Part shown: positions 27,585 through 37,674 of the stretch, in pieces | Numbering within the stretch: the stretch's first letter is position 1 | Layout of the letters: each line of letters opens with the position of its first letter | Sequence record: SRR20825010_2151 | Reading direction: 5' to 3' (one strand) | DNA length: 64,000 bases | Notes under the pieces: generated by a model | Told to the model about the DNA's origin: nothing | What the model saw: the letters and a program-made list of their open reading frames with translations, nothing else | Database searches by the model: none | Translations under genes and position numbers: made by a program

Positions 27585-30500
27585 TTAAACGCTCATGTTT
27601 TGCAAAACCTCTATTGCTTTACCAACAGTTAAAACCTCATCGATTCTTAAAATTAATCGGGTTTTATGCTCTTTCATGTGGCAGCTTTTTGGATGAGATT
27701 GAACATAAGCGATTACTTTTCCGAAAGCTGGCGATTGGAAATAACGCTCATTGTCTGAAGACAAGAAGTAGCATTTCATCGACTCGTTTTTGATTACCAC
27801 TTTTTCAAAACCTAGATTTTCAGCCAACCAACGAAGTCTCACGGTTTCCATTAAATCTAAAACAGGTACAGGAATAGGTCCAAAACGATCTTTAATACTG
27901 GTCGTGAACTTCGCCAAGCCTTCTTCATTCTTAATGTTATCGATTTTAGAATAAAGGCCAAGTCGTTCCGAAATATTTGAAACGTAAGTTTCAGGAATTA
28001 GAATTTCTAAATCGGTTTCAATCGAAGTATCCACCTTAACCGCTTCGGCTGCTTCTTTCACCAAATCCTTGTAGAAGAGGTCTTTGAATTCGGTTTCTTT
28101 TAATTCTTGAACAGCTTCGTCCAGAATTTTATGGTACATCTCAAAACCTAAATCGGTAATGAAACCTGTTTGTTCGGCTCCTAATAAATTACCCGCTCCA
28201 CGAATATCTAAATCACGCATGGCCACTTTAAAGCCATCGCCCAAATCAGAAAATTCTTCCAATGCACTCAAGCGTTTTCTAGAATCGGAACTAAGCCCAA
28301 TAGACGGAGGAGTTAATAAGTAACAGAAGGCTTTTCGGTTAGAGCGCCCCACTCGCCCACGCATTTGGTGCAAATCGGAAAGCCCAAACATGTGCGCATG
28401 ATTAATGATGATCGTGTTGGCGTTCGGAATATCTAGGCCAGACTCAATGATGTTGGTAGAGATCAATACATCGTATTCACCCTCGATAAACTTCATCATG
28501 CGTTTTTCAAGCACACTCCCTTCCATTTGGCCGTGGGCCACACCAATTCGAGCATCGGGCACCAACTTCAGAATAATATTTCCTACCTGAACAATGTCTT
28601 TAATTCGGTTGTGCACAAAGAAAACCTGACCACCACGCCTCAGCTCAAAACTGATGGCATCGCGAATGATGGTTTCGTCAAAAGTGTGGATTTCTGTAGT
28701 AACCGGTTGCCGATTTGGTGGAGGCGTAGCAATTACGCTCAAATCCCTCGCGCCCATTAACGAAAAGTGCAAAGTTCTAGGAATTGGTGTAGCCGTGAGG
28801 GTAAGCACATCTACATCCAGTTTAAACTCCTTGAGTTTATCTTTAACCCGCACTCCGAACTTTTGCTCTTCATCAATAACGAGAAGTCCAAGGTCTTTGA
28901 ATTCCACATCTTTGTTCACAATTCTGTGTGTGCCGATAAGAATCTCGGTTTTGCCTTCCTTCACCCGTTGAAGGGTTCCCTTAATTTCTTTACTGGTTTT
29001 AAACCGGTTGATGTATTCCACATTCACCGGGAAGTTTTCTAGTCTTTCAGCAAAAGTGCGATAGTGCTGCATGGCCAAAATGGTGGTGGGCACTAAAACA
29101 GCCACCTGTTTTCCATTGGCGCAAGCCTTGAAAGCTGCACGAATGGCAACTTCCGTCTTACCAAAACCCACATCGCCACAAACCAATCGGTCCATGGGGT
29201 GTGCTAATTCCATATCAGCTTTAACGTCTTCGGTGGCTTTGGCTTGATCGGGAGTATCTTCATAAATGAAAGATGATTCCAATTCGGCCTGCATAAAACC
29301 ATCGGGCTCGAAAGCAAAACCACTGGCGCTTTTCCTTTTCGCATAAAGCGCAATTAGGTCTTTGGCAATGTCTTTTACCTTCTTCTTGACCTTGGATTTC
29401 TTGGTTTCCCATTCAGGAGAACCCAATTTGCTCATGGTAGGCGGAGTGCCTTCTTTACCAGAATATTTCGAAATTTTATGCAGCGCATGGAGACTTACAT
29501 AAAGTAAATCGTCATCGCGATATACCAAACGGATAGACTCTTGCTTGTTTCCATTCACTTCCACTTTTTCCATTCCCGCAAAACGCCCAACACCATAATC
29601 AATGTGGGTAACGTAATCGCCTGGATGCAAAGAACGAAGTTCTTTGAGCGTTAACGCCTTTGATTTACTGTGTTGTGTTCTGCTTTTGTATTTGTGAAAT
29701 CTATCGAAAAGCTGATGATCTGTGTAGCAGAGTATCTGGAGTGTTTTGTCTATAAACCCTTGTCTGAGGCCTATATTGAGGGGTTGAATCTTAATAATAG
29801 GATTCAACTCCGTAAATATTTTTTCTAGCCTCCCGATTTGAGTGTCAGATTCGGCAGAGATTAAAAGCGTATGGCTCTTCATTTGCCAACCTGCAAGGTT
29901 ATCGGCAATCAGGTCGAAATTTTTGTTGAAGGATTGCTGCACTTCGGCATCAAACCTAAATTCGAAACCAGATTTTTTGGTAAAACGATTTCCGAATTCG
30001 ATTTGAGTCAAACTCTCAATTCCCTTTTTAAAGGATTTTTGCGTTTCGAAAAGCGCATCTGGACTGAGGACCACTTGGGCATCGGTAACGGAAAGCACTT
30101 CATCAAAATTAGCAGAAGCCTTTTCGAAGTATTTTTCAATTGTGTCTAAGGTTTGTTGGTAATCCTTAAACCAGATTTTGGTATTGTTCGGAATAAAATC
30201 CAAAAACGATTGTCTTACTTCTTGCAACAATCGGGTTTGAATATTAGGAATGATGTTGATGTGTTTTACACTTTCCTGACTGAGTTGAGAAACTGGATCG
30301 AAAGTTCGAATACTTTCTACTTCGTTACCAAAAAGCTCAATTCTGTAAGGTAAATCGTGTGCGTAAGAATATACATCTACTATTCCACCACGCACTGAAA
30401 ACTGGCCTGCTTCGTACACAAAGTCTGTTTTCTCGAAATCGTAAGTCATTAGCAGTTCTGCTAAAAACTCCACATCAATTTCTTCCCCAACTTTGGTTGA

Positions 30501-30935
30501 AAAGGTATTGGTGGCCAAAGCCTTTTTGTTGATTACCTTTTCTGTAAGCGCCTCGGGATAAGTAATAATGATTTCGCCTGTGGAAGCTTTATTATTAATC
30601 CTGTTTAGGATTTCGGCACGCATGAGAATGTTGGCATTCTCGGTTTCATGAAACTGATAAGGCCTTTTGTAAGAAGTAGGGAAAAGCAAAACTTCTTTTT
30701 CGCCAACCAGATTCTGCATATCGTTATGAAAATAAGCAGCTTCTTCTTTGTCGTGCATTACAAAAAGGGAAGTTTGTTTGTTGTGCTGATAAACGGCAGC
30801 CACTACAACAGCATCCAAACTACCCACCAATCCCTTAAGCTGAATACTATTTCCCTCATTGGGCTTAATTCGCTCGGCAATGGTTTGAATGATAGGGTCT
30901 TCCCTATATATCTTTATGAAGTCTTTTACTTTCAA
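27585..30935 (-). CDS. mfd: Transcription-repair coupling factor Mfd
   Basis: CarD/RID region (VTHIDYGVGRF), CGDVGFGKTEVA, DEEQKFG, TATPIPRTL, QMRGRVGRS, TRCF C-terminus; probable TTG start at 30935. Confidence 0.97.
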   Translation of the reverse strand: MKVKDFIKIYREDPIIQTIAERIKPNEGNSIQLKGLVGSLDAVVVAAVYQHNKQTSLFVMHDKEEAAYFHNDMQNLVGEKEVLLFPTSYKRPYQFHETENANILMRAEILNRINNKASTGEIIITYPEALTEKVINKKALATNTFSTKVGEEIDVEFLAELLMTYDFEKTDFVYEAGQFSVRGGIVDVYSYAHDLPYRIELFGNEVESIRTFDPVSQLSQESVKHINIIPNIQTRLLQEVRQSFLDFIPNNTKIWFKDYQQTLDTIEKYFEKASANFDEVLSVTDAQVVLSPDALFETQKSFKKGIESLTQIEFGNRFTKKSGFEFRFDAEVQQSFNKNFDLIADNLAGWQMKSHTLLISAESDTQIGRLEKIFTELNPIIKIQPLNIGLRQGFIDKTLQILCYTDHQLFDRFHKYKSRTQHSKSKALTLKELRSLHPGDYVTHIDYGVGRFAGMEKVEVNGNKQESIRLVYRDDDLLYVSLHALHKISKYSGKEGTPPTMSKLGSPEWETKKSKVKKKVKDIAKDLIALYAKRKSASGFAFEPDGFMQAELESSFIYEDTPDQAKATEDVKADMELAHPMDRLVCGDVGFGKTEVAIRAAFKACANGKQVAVLVPTTILAMQHYRTFAERLENFPVNVEYINRFKTSKEIKGTLQRVKEGKTEILIGTHRIVNKDVEFKDLGLLVIDEEQKFGVRVKDKLKEFKLDVDVLTLTATPIPRTLHFSLMGARDLSVIATPPPNRQPVTTEIHTFDETIIRDAISFELRRGGQVFFVHNRIKDIVQVGNIILKLVPDARIGVAHGQMEGSVLEKRMMKFIEGEYDVLISTNIIESGLDIPNANTIIINHAHMFGLSDLHQMRGRVGRSNRKAFCYLLTPPSIGLSSDSRKRLSALEEFSDLGDGFKVAMRDLDIRGAGNLLGAEQTGFITDLGFEMYHKILDEAVQELKETEFKDLFYKDLVKEAAEAVKVDTSIETDLEILIPETYVSNISERLGLYSKIDNIKNEEGLAKFTTSIKDRFGPIPVPVLDLMETVRLRWLAENLGFEKVVIKNESMKCYFLSSDNERYFQSPAFGKVIAYVQSHPKSCHMKEHKTRLILRIDEVLTVGKAIEVLQNMSV

Positions 30936-31066
30936 GGCCTTTGTTAAAAAGAGGGGCAAATGTAAATAATTCTGAAGCCATTCGTGGCAAAACAGCGTAA
31001 TCAATGGTTAAATTAACCGACATTTAACCCAACCCTTTAATTGCTTTTATTGTTAGAGCATTTGTA

Positions 31067-31693
31067 GTGAAAAAAGAAAAAGTTAGAATCGGCTTGAGGC
31101 GCGAAGCCTTTAATAAAATGGAGCAGATGCACCCGCATCAAATTATGCTCTATGTGGCCTTGATTGGCAGTTCGGTCCTTTTCCTCTTTTTGGTGGTTGC
31201 TTTTACCGCAAGCCAACCTGCAAATAGTGATTTCCTTAAAATTGAATTCCCTAAATTTTTTGTGGTCAGCACTGTATTGATGCTTCTTTCTAGTTTTTCG
31301 GTGTCCAAAATTATTCCTGCTTATGAAAAGGACGAGCTGGAAGAACTGAAAAAATGGCTGGGAATTACCTTTTTGCTGGGTTTGGCTTTTGCCACCTCGC
31401 AATTTTTAGGCTGGCGCGAACTTCAAGAGAATCAGATTTTATTTGGCGGTAGGCGTTCTGGCGCTTATCTCTATGTAATTACTGGCTTACACGTAATACA
31501 CGTGTTGGCTATTTTACTTTACGCGGTTCGATTGCTATTGAAGTGTAATAAGGTTTCGCTGGATGCCGTGCAAAGTTTGATTTACTGTACTAATCCTTAT
31601 CAGAAAATCAGATTCAAAATGCTAACAGACTTCTGGCATTTTGTAGATGTACTTTGGCTGTTGCTGTTTTTCTATTTGCTGTTTAGCTTTTAA
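31067..31693 (+). CDS. Cytochrome c oxidase subunit III-like membrane protein (orphan)
   Basis: About 5 TM helices, ITGLHVIHV and FWHFVDVLW motifs. Confidence 0.8.
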   Translation: MKKEKVRIGLRREAFNKMEQMHPHQIMLYVALIGSSVLFLFLVVAFTASQPANSDFLKIEFPKFFVVSTVLMLLSSFSVSKIIPAYEKDELEELKKWLGITFLLGLAFATSQFLGWRELQENQILFGGRRSGAYLYVITGLHVIHVLAILLYAVRLLLKCNKVSLDAVQSLIYCTNPYQKIRFKMLTDFWHFVDVLWLLLFFYLLFSF

Positions 31694-31699
31694 AAAGAA

Positions 31700-31726
31700 G
31701 AAGGCCACAACGTAGTTGCAGCCTTC
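31700..31726. terminator. Probable terminator hairpin
   Basis: gaaggccacaac-gta-gttgcagccttc between convergent genes. Confidence 0.6.
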
Positions 31727-31760
31727 AAATTGACCAACATACTGTTTCTGACTTTTGGGC

Positions 31761-32996
31761 TTACTTAAAATTAATCTGCTTTATGTTTGCGTATTTCACG
31801 TAAGTGGGCTTTCCGCTTGAATTGAAAACCAAAACTCCTTCATTTTCATCGCTTACATCTCTACCCGAACCAAGGGTTAATTCTTTACCATTTTTCAACA
31901 CAATTCTTGCGTTATCGTAATTTCTTGGGCTGAAGGACTTGATATTTTCAATTGGAATAAAGTATTCAATGTCATCGTCTTCGCCTTGAATTATTTCGAA
32001 GTTGTATTCTTCATCTAGATCAAAAATGATCTCGCCTGAAAGGGTTTCTCCTTTGGTAGTTTCTACGGTTCCAGAGATTTTTTTCACTTCGTAGGCTGAA
32101 TATGCTTTTCCAGAATTGGGTGCATTTGTGAATTCAACACGCTTAAATTCTTTCCATGGAATATCTACTCTCCCGAAATCGGTGCTTACGATAATTCCAC
32201 CATTCGAATTGTCTACATCATTCGATCCTCTCAAGTAAAGCTCTCTTCCTGATTTGGTTACCACATTACTTCCGGAACGATCTCTTTCGATGGATTTAAT
32301 ATTGCCGAATTCGATTTTCATGTCACCATCTCGGGTATCGCCATCGAGTACATTCGTACTATAGCGCTCATCGTGGTCCCACTGAACAAACCCAGTGATT
32401 GAACCTCCGTAATATTCAACAGTTCCGTAAAGCGCATCGCCAATTCTGCTGGTGAGTTTGCTGGGCGTATCCATAAATTCGATGGTTTCAATTCTGCTCC
32501 AGTTGAATTTCATGCTTCCCAATTCTTGATCCAGAATGGTGATTGTTCCACCCATATCGTCTGATCCGTCTTTAACAAAAACCCTATCCCCATTGCGAAG
32601 TGTTAATTCTACTTCGGAACGTCTGTTAATATTGATTTTTGAAATGTTGCCAAATTCAGTTCTGAATTCATGTGTGGTTTCCCAGCTGTTATTGCCCCAA
32701 CTAATATTGAAGCTGCCCCAGCTACTGTTTCTTCTTCTTTGTTCGTCCCTTAAGTCGTTTTTTTCTTCTCTCGTCAGGTGACGATAATTGTCGTTTTCTT
32801 CTTTATTTCCATTAAAATGGTCTGTCCAATAGCCTTCACCGCGATCGCCCCAGCGCATTTGACCAGTGTAACTCTTGCCATCAATGGTAGTAAGTTTTCC
32901 GTAGATGAATCCTTCATCTTGTGCATTGGCCGAAATAAATGGGGCCGCAATGAGCCCGAGAAAAAGGGCAGATTTTGAAATAATTGATTTAATCAT
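31761..32996 (-). CDS. Secreted hypothetical protein with three internal ~110-aa repeats (paralog A)
   Basis: Signal peptide from MIKSII to ANA-Q; three repeats of G.V.T..G....G...WD.DE...I.F.NIKSI...GS.DV. Confidence 0.85.
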   Translation of the reverse strand: MIKSIISKSALFLGLIAAPFISANAQDEGFIYGKLTTIDGKSYTGQMRWGDRGEGYWTDHFNGNKEENDNYRHLTREEKNDLRDEQRRRNSSWGSFNISWGNNSWETTHEFRTEFGNISKININRRSEVELTLRNGDRVFVKDGSDDMGGTITILDQELGSMKFNWSRIETIEFMDTPSKLTSRIGDALYGTVEYYGGSITGFVQWDHDERYSTNVLDGDTRDGDMKIEFGNIKSIERDRSGSNVVTKSGRELYLRGSNDVDNSNGGIIVSTDFGRVDIPWKEFKRVEFTNAPNSGKAYSAYEVKKISGTVETTKGETLSGEIIFDLDEEYNFEIIQGEDDDIEYFIPIENIKSFSPRNYDNARIVLKNGKELTLGSGRDVSDENEGVLVFNSSGKPTYVKYANIKQINFK

Positions 32997-33093
32997 GGTT
33001 GTGTTGTTTGAGTTTGATTCTTTTTGACGAATTAAAGATGCAGAATGACACTTTACCAAGAAATACGGATTGGCTCTACCTAGTTATTCTTTA

Positions 33094-33124
33094 ACCGAAA
33101 CGGGAGGAGACCCTACTGAACTGG
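33094..33124 (-). promoter_or_regulatory. Candidate LytTR binding direct repeat
   Basis: accgaaacgg and actgaactgg with 21-nt periodicity, upstream of paralog A. Confidence 0.6.
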
Positions 33125-33192
33125 AATTGATTATTGAAAACTAAGAGGTAATTTTCTAGAAGAGAGGTTCTTCTCGTTTTGCTAGTATTATT

Positions 33193-33954
33193 TTAGTTGT
33201 CTAACCATTGTTTGAAAAGCGGTGTCTTTTCGGAACTCACTACAATGTCTTCATCAATTTCTGGACTAAGGCTCAGTTTTACTCGGCCTTTGAAGTAAGG
33301 GTGAATGTCGCTAACGGCATCGAAATGCACTAAAAATTTACGGTTTACCCTGAAGAACTGTTTTGGGTTTAGCATTTGATCTACTTCCTCAAGCGTGTTA
33401 TCGATGATGTACTTTTGCTTTTCAAAAGTCACAATATAAGTAAGCTTGTCGTGGGTATAGAAATAGGCGATTTTTTCTGTAGGAATAGCACGAATTCGCT
33501 GGCCAATTTTGGTGAGGAACCGTGATTTATATTCTTTGTTCTGTTCGTTAATCAGTGCTTTGATTTGGCTAAGGTCGAAGACTGGCGAGGAGGGGGCTGC
33601 AATCTGCTCTTCAAGTTTTTCTAGCGCAGTAGCCAATTTTTCGCGTTGAATTGGTTTGAGCAAGTAATCCACACTATTTACCTCAAATGCTTTAATCGCA
33701 TATTGATTGTATGCTGTTGTAAAGATTACTTTACATTTTGGTTTGTACTTTTCAAAAATGTCGAAACTCGTTCCGTCAAGCAACTGAATGTCGCTGACAA
33801 TGAAGTTGGGAGGCTCATTATTTTCGAACCAAAGTAAACCGGCCTCTACTGACCTGATGGTACCTGCGATTTCCAGTTCCGGTTTGAGTTCTTTCAGCAG
33901 TTCAATTAACCTTTCCGATGCCAGCCTTTCGTCTTCAATAATCAGTACTTTCAT
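33193..33954 (-). CDS. LytTR family response regulator
   Basis: IIEDE, SDIQL, TTAYNQYA, YLLKP, FFRVNRKF. Confidence 0.93.
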   Translation of the reverse strand: MKVLIIEDERLASERLIELLKELKPELEIAGTIRSVEAGLLWFENNEPPNFIVSDIQLLDGTSFDIFEKYKPKCKVIFTTAYNQYAIKAFEVNSVDYLLKPIQREKLATALEKLEEQIAAPSSPVFDLSQIKALINEQNKEYKSRFLTKIGQRIRAIPTEKIAYFYTHDKLTYIVTFEKQKYIIDNTLEEVDQMLNPKQFFRVNRKFLVHFDAVSDIHPYFKGRVKLSLSPEIDEDIVVSSEKTPLFKQWLDN

Positions 33955-33971
33955 TCGCTTAGCTTTTAAGG

Positions 33972-34994
33972 TTAAATTTCAGAAATATTGATGAGAGGAA
34001 CACGAACGATGAACGAGTTTGGGTTCTTAATCACTTCAACCGGCTTTGTAGTAAAGTAGGAATACCTACGTTTAATGTTTTCTAAACCTGTTTGCCCGCT
34101 GTTCGGTAATTCAACTTTCTTTTCCTGCAGGTTATTTTTTACCGAGATATAGCCGTTCTGACTTTCAACATGAATCTTTAATGGACGTGTTTCTGAAACG
34201 GTATTGTGCTTAATGGCATTCTCTATGAGCATTTGCAGGGTGAGAGGAGGCAAGTATAAAAAAGCTTCGTCCTTTTTATCTATGGCCATGCTCAGCTGAA
34301 TGGTGTCTTCGAACCGAATTTCTAACAAGTACATATAAGCACTTATAAAGCTGAGCTCCTGTTTCAACTCCACCAATTCTTCGGAACTGCTTTGAAGAAT
34401 GATGCGATAGACTTCGGCAAATTTTTCTAAGTAAGCCTGTGATTGCTTTTGGTCTTTAGAAATGAGCGAAGAAAGAATGTTGAGGTTGTTGAAAAGGAAA
34501 TGCGGATCTAAGTGATTTTTTAAAGCGTTAAGCTCTGCTTTGATCGATTCTTTCTGAAATTCCTCAGAAGCCAATTGAGCGTTTTTCCAGCGTTTCAAAA
34601 ACTGAATTCCAAAATTGATTGAAATGATGGGCAGAAGAATTAAAATTGATAATGCGTTGATGGTCGCAATTTGACTTCCAATTGGAGGGTCTTCTGTGAG
34701 GGTAATCTTGAAGAGAAAATAACTTAGGTTGATAATGATTAAAGAAACCAACACGCCAATGCTCAATTGAGAGTAAAAGCGCTTGTTACCATGGGTAAGC
34801 CAAGGCAGTTTTCTATCTAATGAAATTGTTAAGGAGCGATTGGCCAGGAGAATCAATAGTAAAACCGCAACAACGAGCCCAGCAGTCAAGTAAAGTTCTC
34901 GGGGGGCTGAAGTGGCGTATAGAAAAACAAAAACGCCAACCACCAAACTGATGGCAATACTGTTTTGGATGATTTGACTACGACTGAATTTCAA
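33972..34994 (-). CDS. LytS-type membrane sensor histidine kinase
   Basis: About 4 TM helices, ELNALKNHLDPHFLFNNLN, QMLIENAIKHN, TGLENI. Confidence 0.92.
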   Translation of the reverse strand: MKFSRSQIIQNSIAISLVVGVFVFLYATSAPRELYLTAGLVVAVLLLILLANRSLTISLDRKLPWLTHGNKRFYSQLSIGVLVSLIIINLSYFLFKITLTEDPPIGSQIATINALSILILLPIISINFGIQFLKRWKNAQLASEEFQKESIKAELNALKNHLDPHFLFNNLNILSSLISKDQKQSQAYLEKFAEVYRIILQSSSEELVELKQELSFISAYMYLLEIRFEDTIQLSMAIDKKDEAFLYLPPLTLQMLIENAIKHNTVSETRPLKIHVESQNGYISVKNNLQEKKVELPNSGQTGLENIKRRYSYFTTKPVEVIKNPNSFIVRVPLINISEI

Positions 34995-35004
34995 AGTTTT
35001 TTAC

Positions 35005-36309
35005 TCAATCAAAGATGATTTCGTCAATTTGTGACCAACGTATATAAGTTGGTTTGGCGTCTTTCGAAGTAAATATAAGCACTCCATCATTGTCTTCTGA
35101 CACATCGCGACTTTCTCCCAGTAATAGCTCTTTGCCATTTCTCAGAATGACCATTGAGTAACTGTAGTTCTTAGGAATGATGTTTTTGATATTTCGAAAA
35201 GGGATTTTGTAAACCACTCGGTCATCTTGCCCATCTAAAGTTTCATATTCCCAAGCCTCGTCTAAGTCATAGGCAATAAGGCCGCTTATTTTTTCGCCAT
35301 CTCTGTTAATCACAGTTCCTCGTAATCCAGTGGAGGATGGGAATTCACTATAGGAAGGTCCTTGATCCTTGCTTTCTATAATTTCCAGCTCTTCGAAATC
35401 GCGCCATGACACTATGATTTGCCCAATTTCTCGGTCGTTAATGACAACACCAGAATTTTCATTGTTTACATCATTCGAGCCCGTTAAGTAGAATTCTCTT
35501 CCCGATTTCAGTGTTACATCTACCCCATTTCGGTTTTTAACAATTTTCGCAATCGACCTGAACGGAATGTTTTTATCACCATCACGGTCTTCTCCATTCA
35601 GAATGTCTTCTAAAAATCGCTCATTGTGGTTGTTTTCGCTTGTGCCTTGATCCCACTGAATGGTACCTTCAAAAACGCCTCTTCTGCCGGCTTTTACTTT
35701 TCCATAAATGGCTTCGCCAAAGAGTGATTTCGGCTTTTTCCCACTTTCTAAAAACTCAACCTTTTCTATTCTCACCCAGTCCAGTTTTACAATGCCTAAT
35801 TCTTCATCGTACACACTCACGCTAGCACCTACATCTGAAAAACCACTACCACTCACTTCTACGATTACACCATTTTTTAACGCCACTTGCGCCCGACTTC
35901 TGCCCGTAGGTTTAATGCTTTTGATATCGCCAAAGCGGGAATCGAATTGGTGAGCCGTGCGGTTATATTTGTCGTCCCAAATGCTCAATACACCGAGGTC
36001 AATGCCTAACCATGAACTTCCGCCTTCTTGATCTGAAATCTGTTGTATTTCTTTTTTTGAAAGGAATTTTAAAAAATCGCTTGAGGTTTTTTGTGCATTA
36101 AAAAGGTCGACCCAATAGGCCTCATCGCCTCCCCAGCGCAAAGCGCCTTGGTATTTGTCGCCATTAATGGTGGTTACTTTTCCGTAGAGGTAAATGTTCT
36201 TTTCCTGCGACTTCGCTTCTGAAACAATAATCAATAAGCCCACCGCAATGCCAATACAAAGCATCAGCTTCCTTACCTTTCTCTCAACGCCATGTTGCAG
36301 ACTACCCAT
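35005..36309 (-). CDS. Secreted hypothetical protein with three internal repeats (paralog B)
   Basis: Colinear with 31761-32996 (YGKVTTINGDKYQGALRWG, KSGREFYLTGSNDV, RDVSEDNDGVLIF); start uncertain (36264-36393). Confidence 0.8.
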   Translation of the reverse strand: MGSLQHGVERKVRKLMLCIGIAVGLLIIVSEAKSQEKNIYLYGKVTTINGDKYQGALRWGGDEAYWVDLFNAQKTSSDFLKFLSKKEIQQISDQEGGSSWLGIDLGVLSIWDDKYNRTAHQFDSRFGDIKSIKPTGRSRAQVALKNGVIVEVSGSGFSDVGASVSVYDEELGIVKLDWVRIEKVEFLESGKKPKSLFGEAIYGKVKAGRRGVFEGTIQWDQGTSENNHNERFLEDILNGEDRDGDKNIPFRSIAKIVKNRNGVDVTLKSGREFYLTGSNDVNNENSGVVINDREIGQIIVSWRDFEELEIIESKDQGPSYSEFPSSTGLRGTVINRDGEKISGLIAYDLDEAWEYETLDGQDDRVVYKIPFRNIKNIIPKNYSYSMVILRNGKELLLGESRDVSEDNDGVLIFTSKDAKPTYIRWSQIDEIIFD

Positions 36310-36408
36310 GCAACAAACGTAATTTGAATTGTTGGTAGAAAAAACGTTTCCAGACTGTACTAGCATATTCAAACCCTGAATCGGGAAAAGCACTACTTCA
36401 AATAATTT

Positions 36409-37494
36409 CTATCTCGGAAAAGCAGAAGCGTCAATACCCGGTACCAAACGAATCGCATTCTTGTAATAGATTTTTTTCAGTACTTCATCAGACAATCCCA
36501 GGCCGTACATTTTCCAATAGGCGTGGTACTTTTTGTAGTAGGGAAAATACTCATCTTGAGTTTCCAGCACTCTAAAATAGGTGGCATATTCCTCAGGATT
36601 GTAAGCATCTTTTCCAAATAGCACACGGTCTTGGTATTTAGTGAGGAAAGTATTTGCTGCGCGAGGTTGGCGACCCAACTCAGCGATTACCGCTCCGATT
36701 TCTACATTCATATTTGGCATTGCATCCAAGAGTTTTCCCAAATGGGCTAAGTCGTTGCCATACCAACCTAAGTGCGCTGCAATGAACTGCGTATGCTTAT
36801 GCTTTTTGAAAACGTTGTGTTGTTCTTTAATTAGGGTTTCCCAAGGCTCAGGATCATTGTTTTCTCTCTTTCTGCCGGGGTGTGTTTTCAACTCCAACCA
36901 CCTTTCATTTTCAGCATCAAAGGGTTCCCAAAACTGTTTTGGATCTGCTGTGTGAATAAGTACTGGAATGCCCAATTCGCCACATTTAGCCCAAATAGGG
37001 TCAAGCCTTGGATCGTCAACCGCCACGCGGTTTCCGTCAATATCTTTTACGGAGAAGCCCAAGCTTTTGAATATTTTCAATCCACGGGCTCCGGCATTGT
37101 AATCTTGCTCTAGTAGCGCGGCAGCCTTTTCCCCCCAACCTTTCTCACCCACCTTATCGAAGGTTACATTCGCAAAAACAATAAAGCGTTTGGGTTGATT
37201 GGCATTGATGTTTTTTGTCGCGTCTGCAATTGATTGGCCACTTCCACCACTCAGGTTGACCATAAGTCCCATATTGATTCCATCCATTTCAGCAGCCAAC
37301 GCACCTAAATCCTGTTGGCCCATTCGTCTCTGATGACTGTGGATATCGATAAAAGGAAATTTAGATCGAGTTAAAGGATGTTCCGGAACAACAAGTGATG
37401 ATGGCGGATTATATCCTTCAAAGTCCATCGTTTGGGCAGTAATTGTGGTTCCCAAAAATAGACCAATGGAGCAGGCAATCAATTTGATTTTCAT
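36409..37494 (-). CDS. Secreted amidohydrolase family protein (Amidohydro_2-like)
   Basis: Signal peptide, IDIHSH, GLKI, PVLIHTADP, IAAHLG, LFGKD. Confidence 0.88.
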   Translation of the reverse strand: MKIKLIACSIGLFLGTTITAQTMDFEGYNPPSSLVVPEHPLTRSKFPFIDIHSHQRRMGQQDLGALAAEMDGINMGLMVNLSGGSGQSIADATKNINANQPKRFIVFANVTFDKVGEKGWGEKAAALLEQDYNAGARGLKIFKSLGFSVKDIDGNRVAVDDPRLDPIWAKCGELGIPVLIHTADPKQFWEPFDAENERWLELKTHPGRKRENNDPEPWETLIKEQHNVFKKHKHTQFIAAHLGWYGNDLAHLGKLLDAMPNMNVEIGAVIAELGRQPRAANTFLTKYQDRVLFGKDAYNPEEYATYFRVLETQDEYFPYYKKYHAYWKMYGLGLSDEVLKKIYYKNAIRLVPGIDASAFPR

Positions 37495-37674
37495 GGCTTA
37501 GAATAGTTTTTTGCTTAATCGATTAGAATATTAAAGGTTTTGCGCTTGTGATCAAAACACAAACATATTCTTAATATAGAATGAATAAAGCTTTTTTGAA
37601 CTAGGAAATGATTTTGGCGGTAAGAAAGAAGCCTAGTTTTTCAAGTAATTTGAAGAGGATAAACAGATTGAACA

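Noticed and set aside
30936-31004. Extended Mfd N-terminus from the ORF track
   Set aside because: Lies in the divergent promoter region; TTG at 30935 is the more plausible start.
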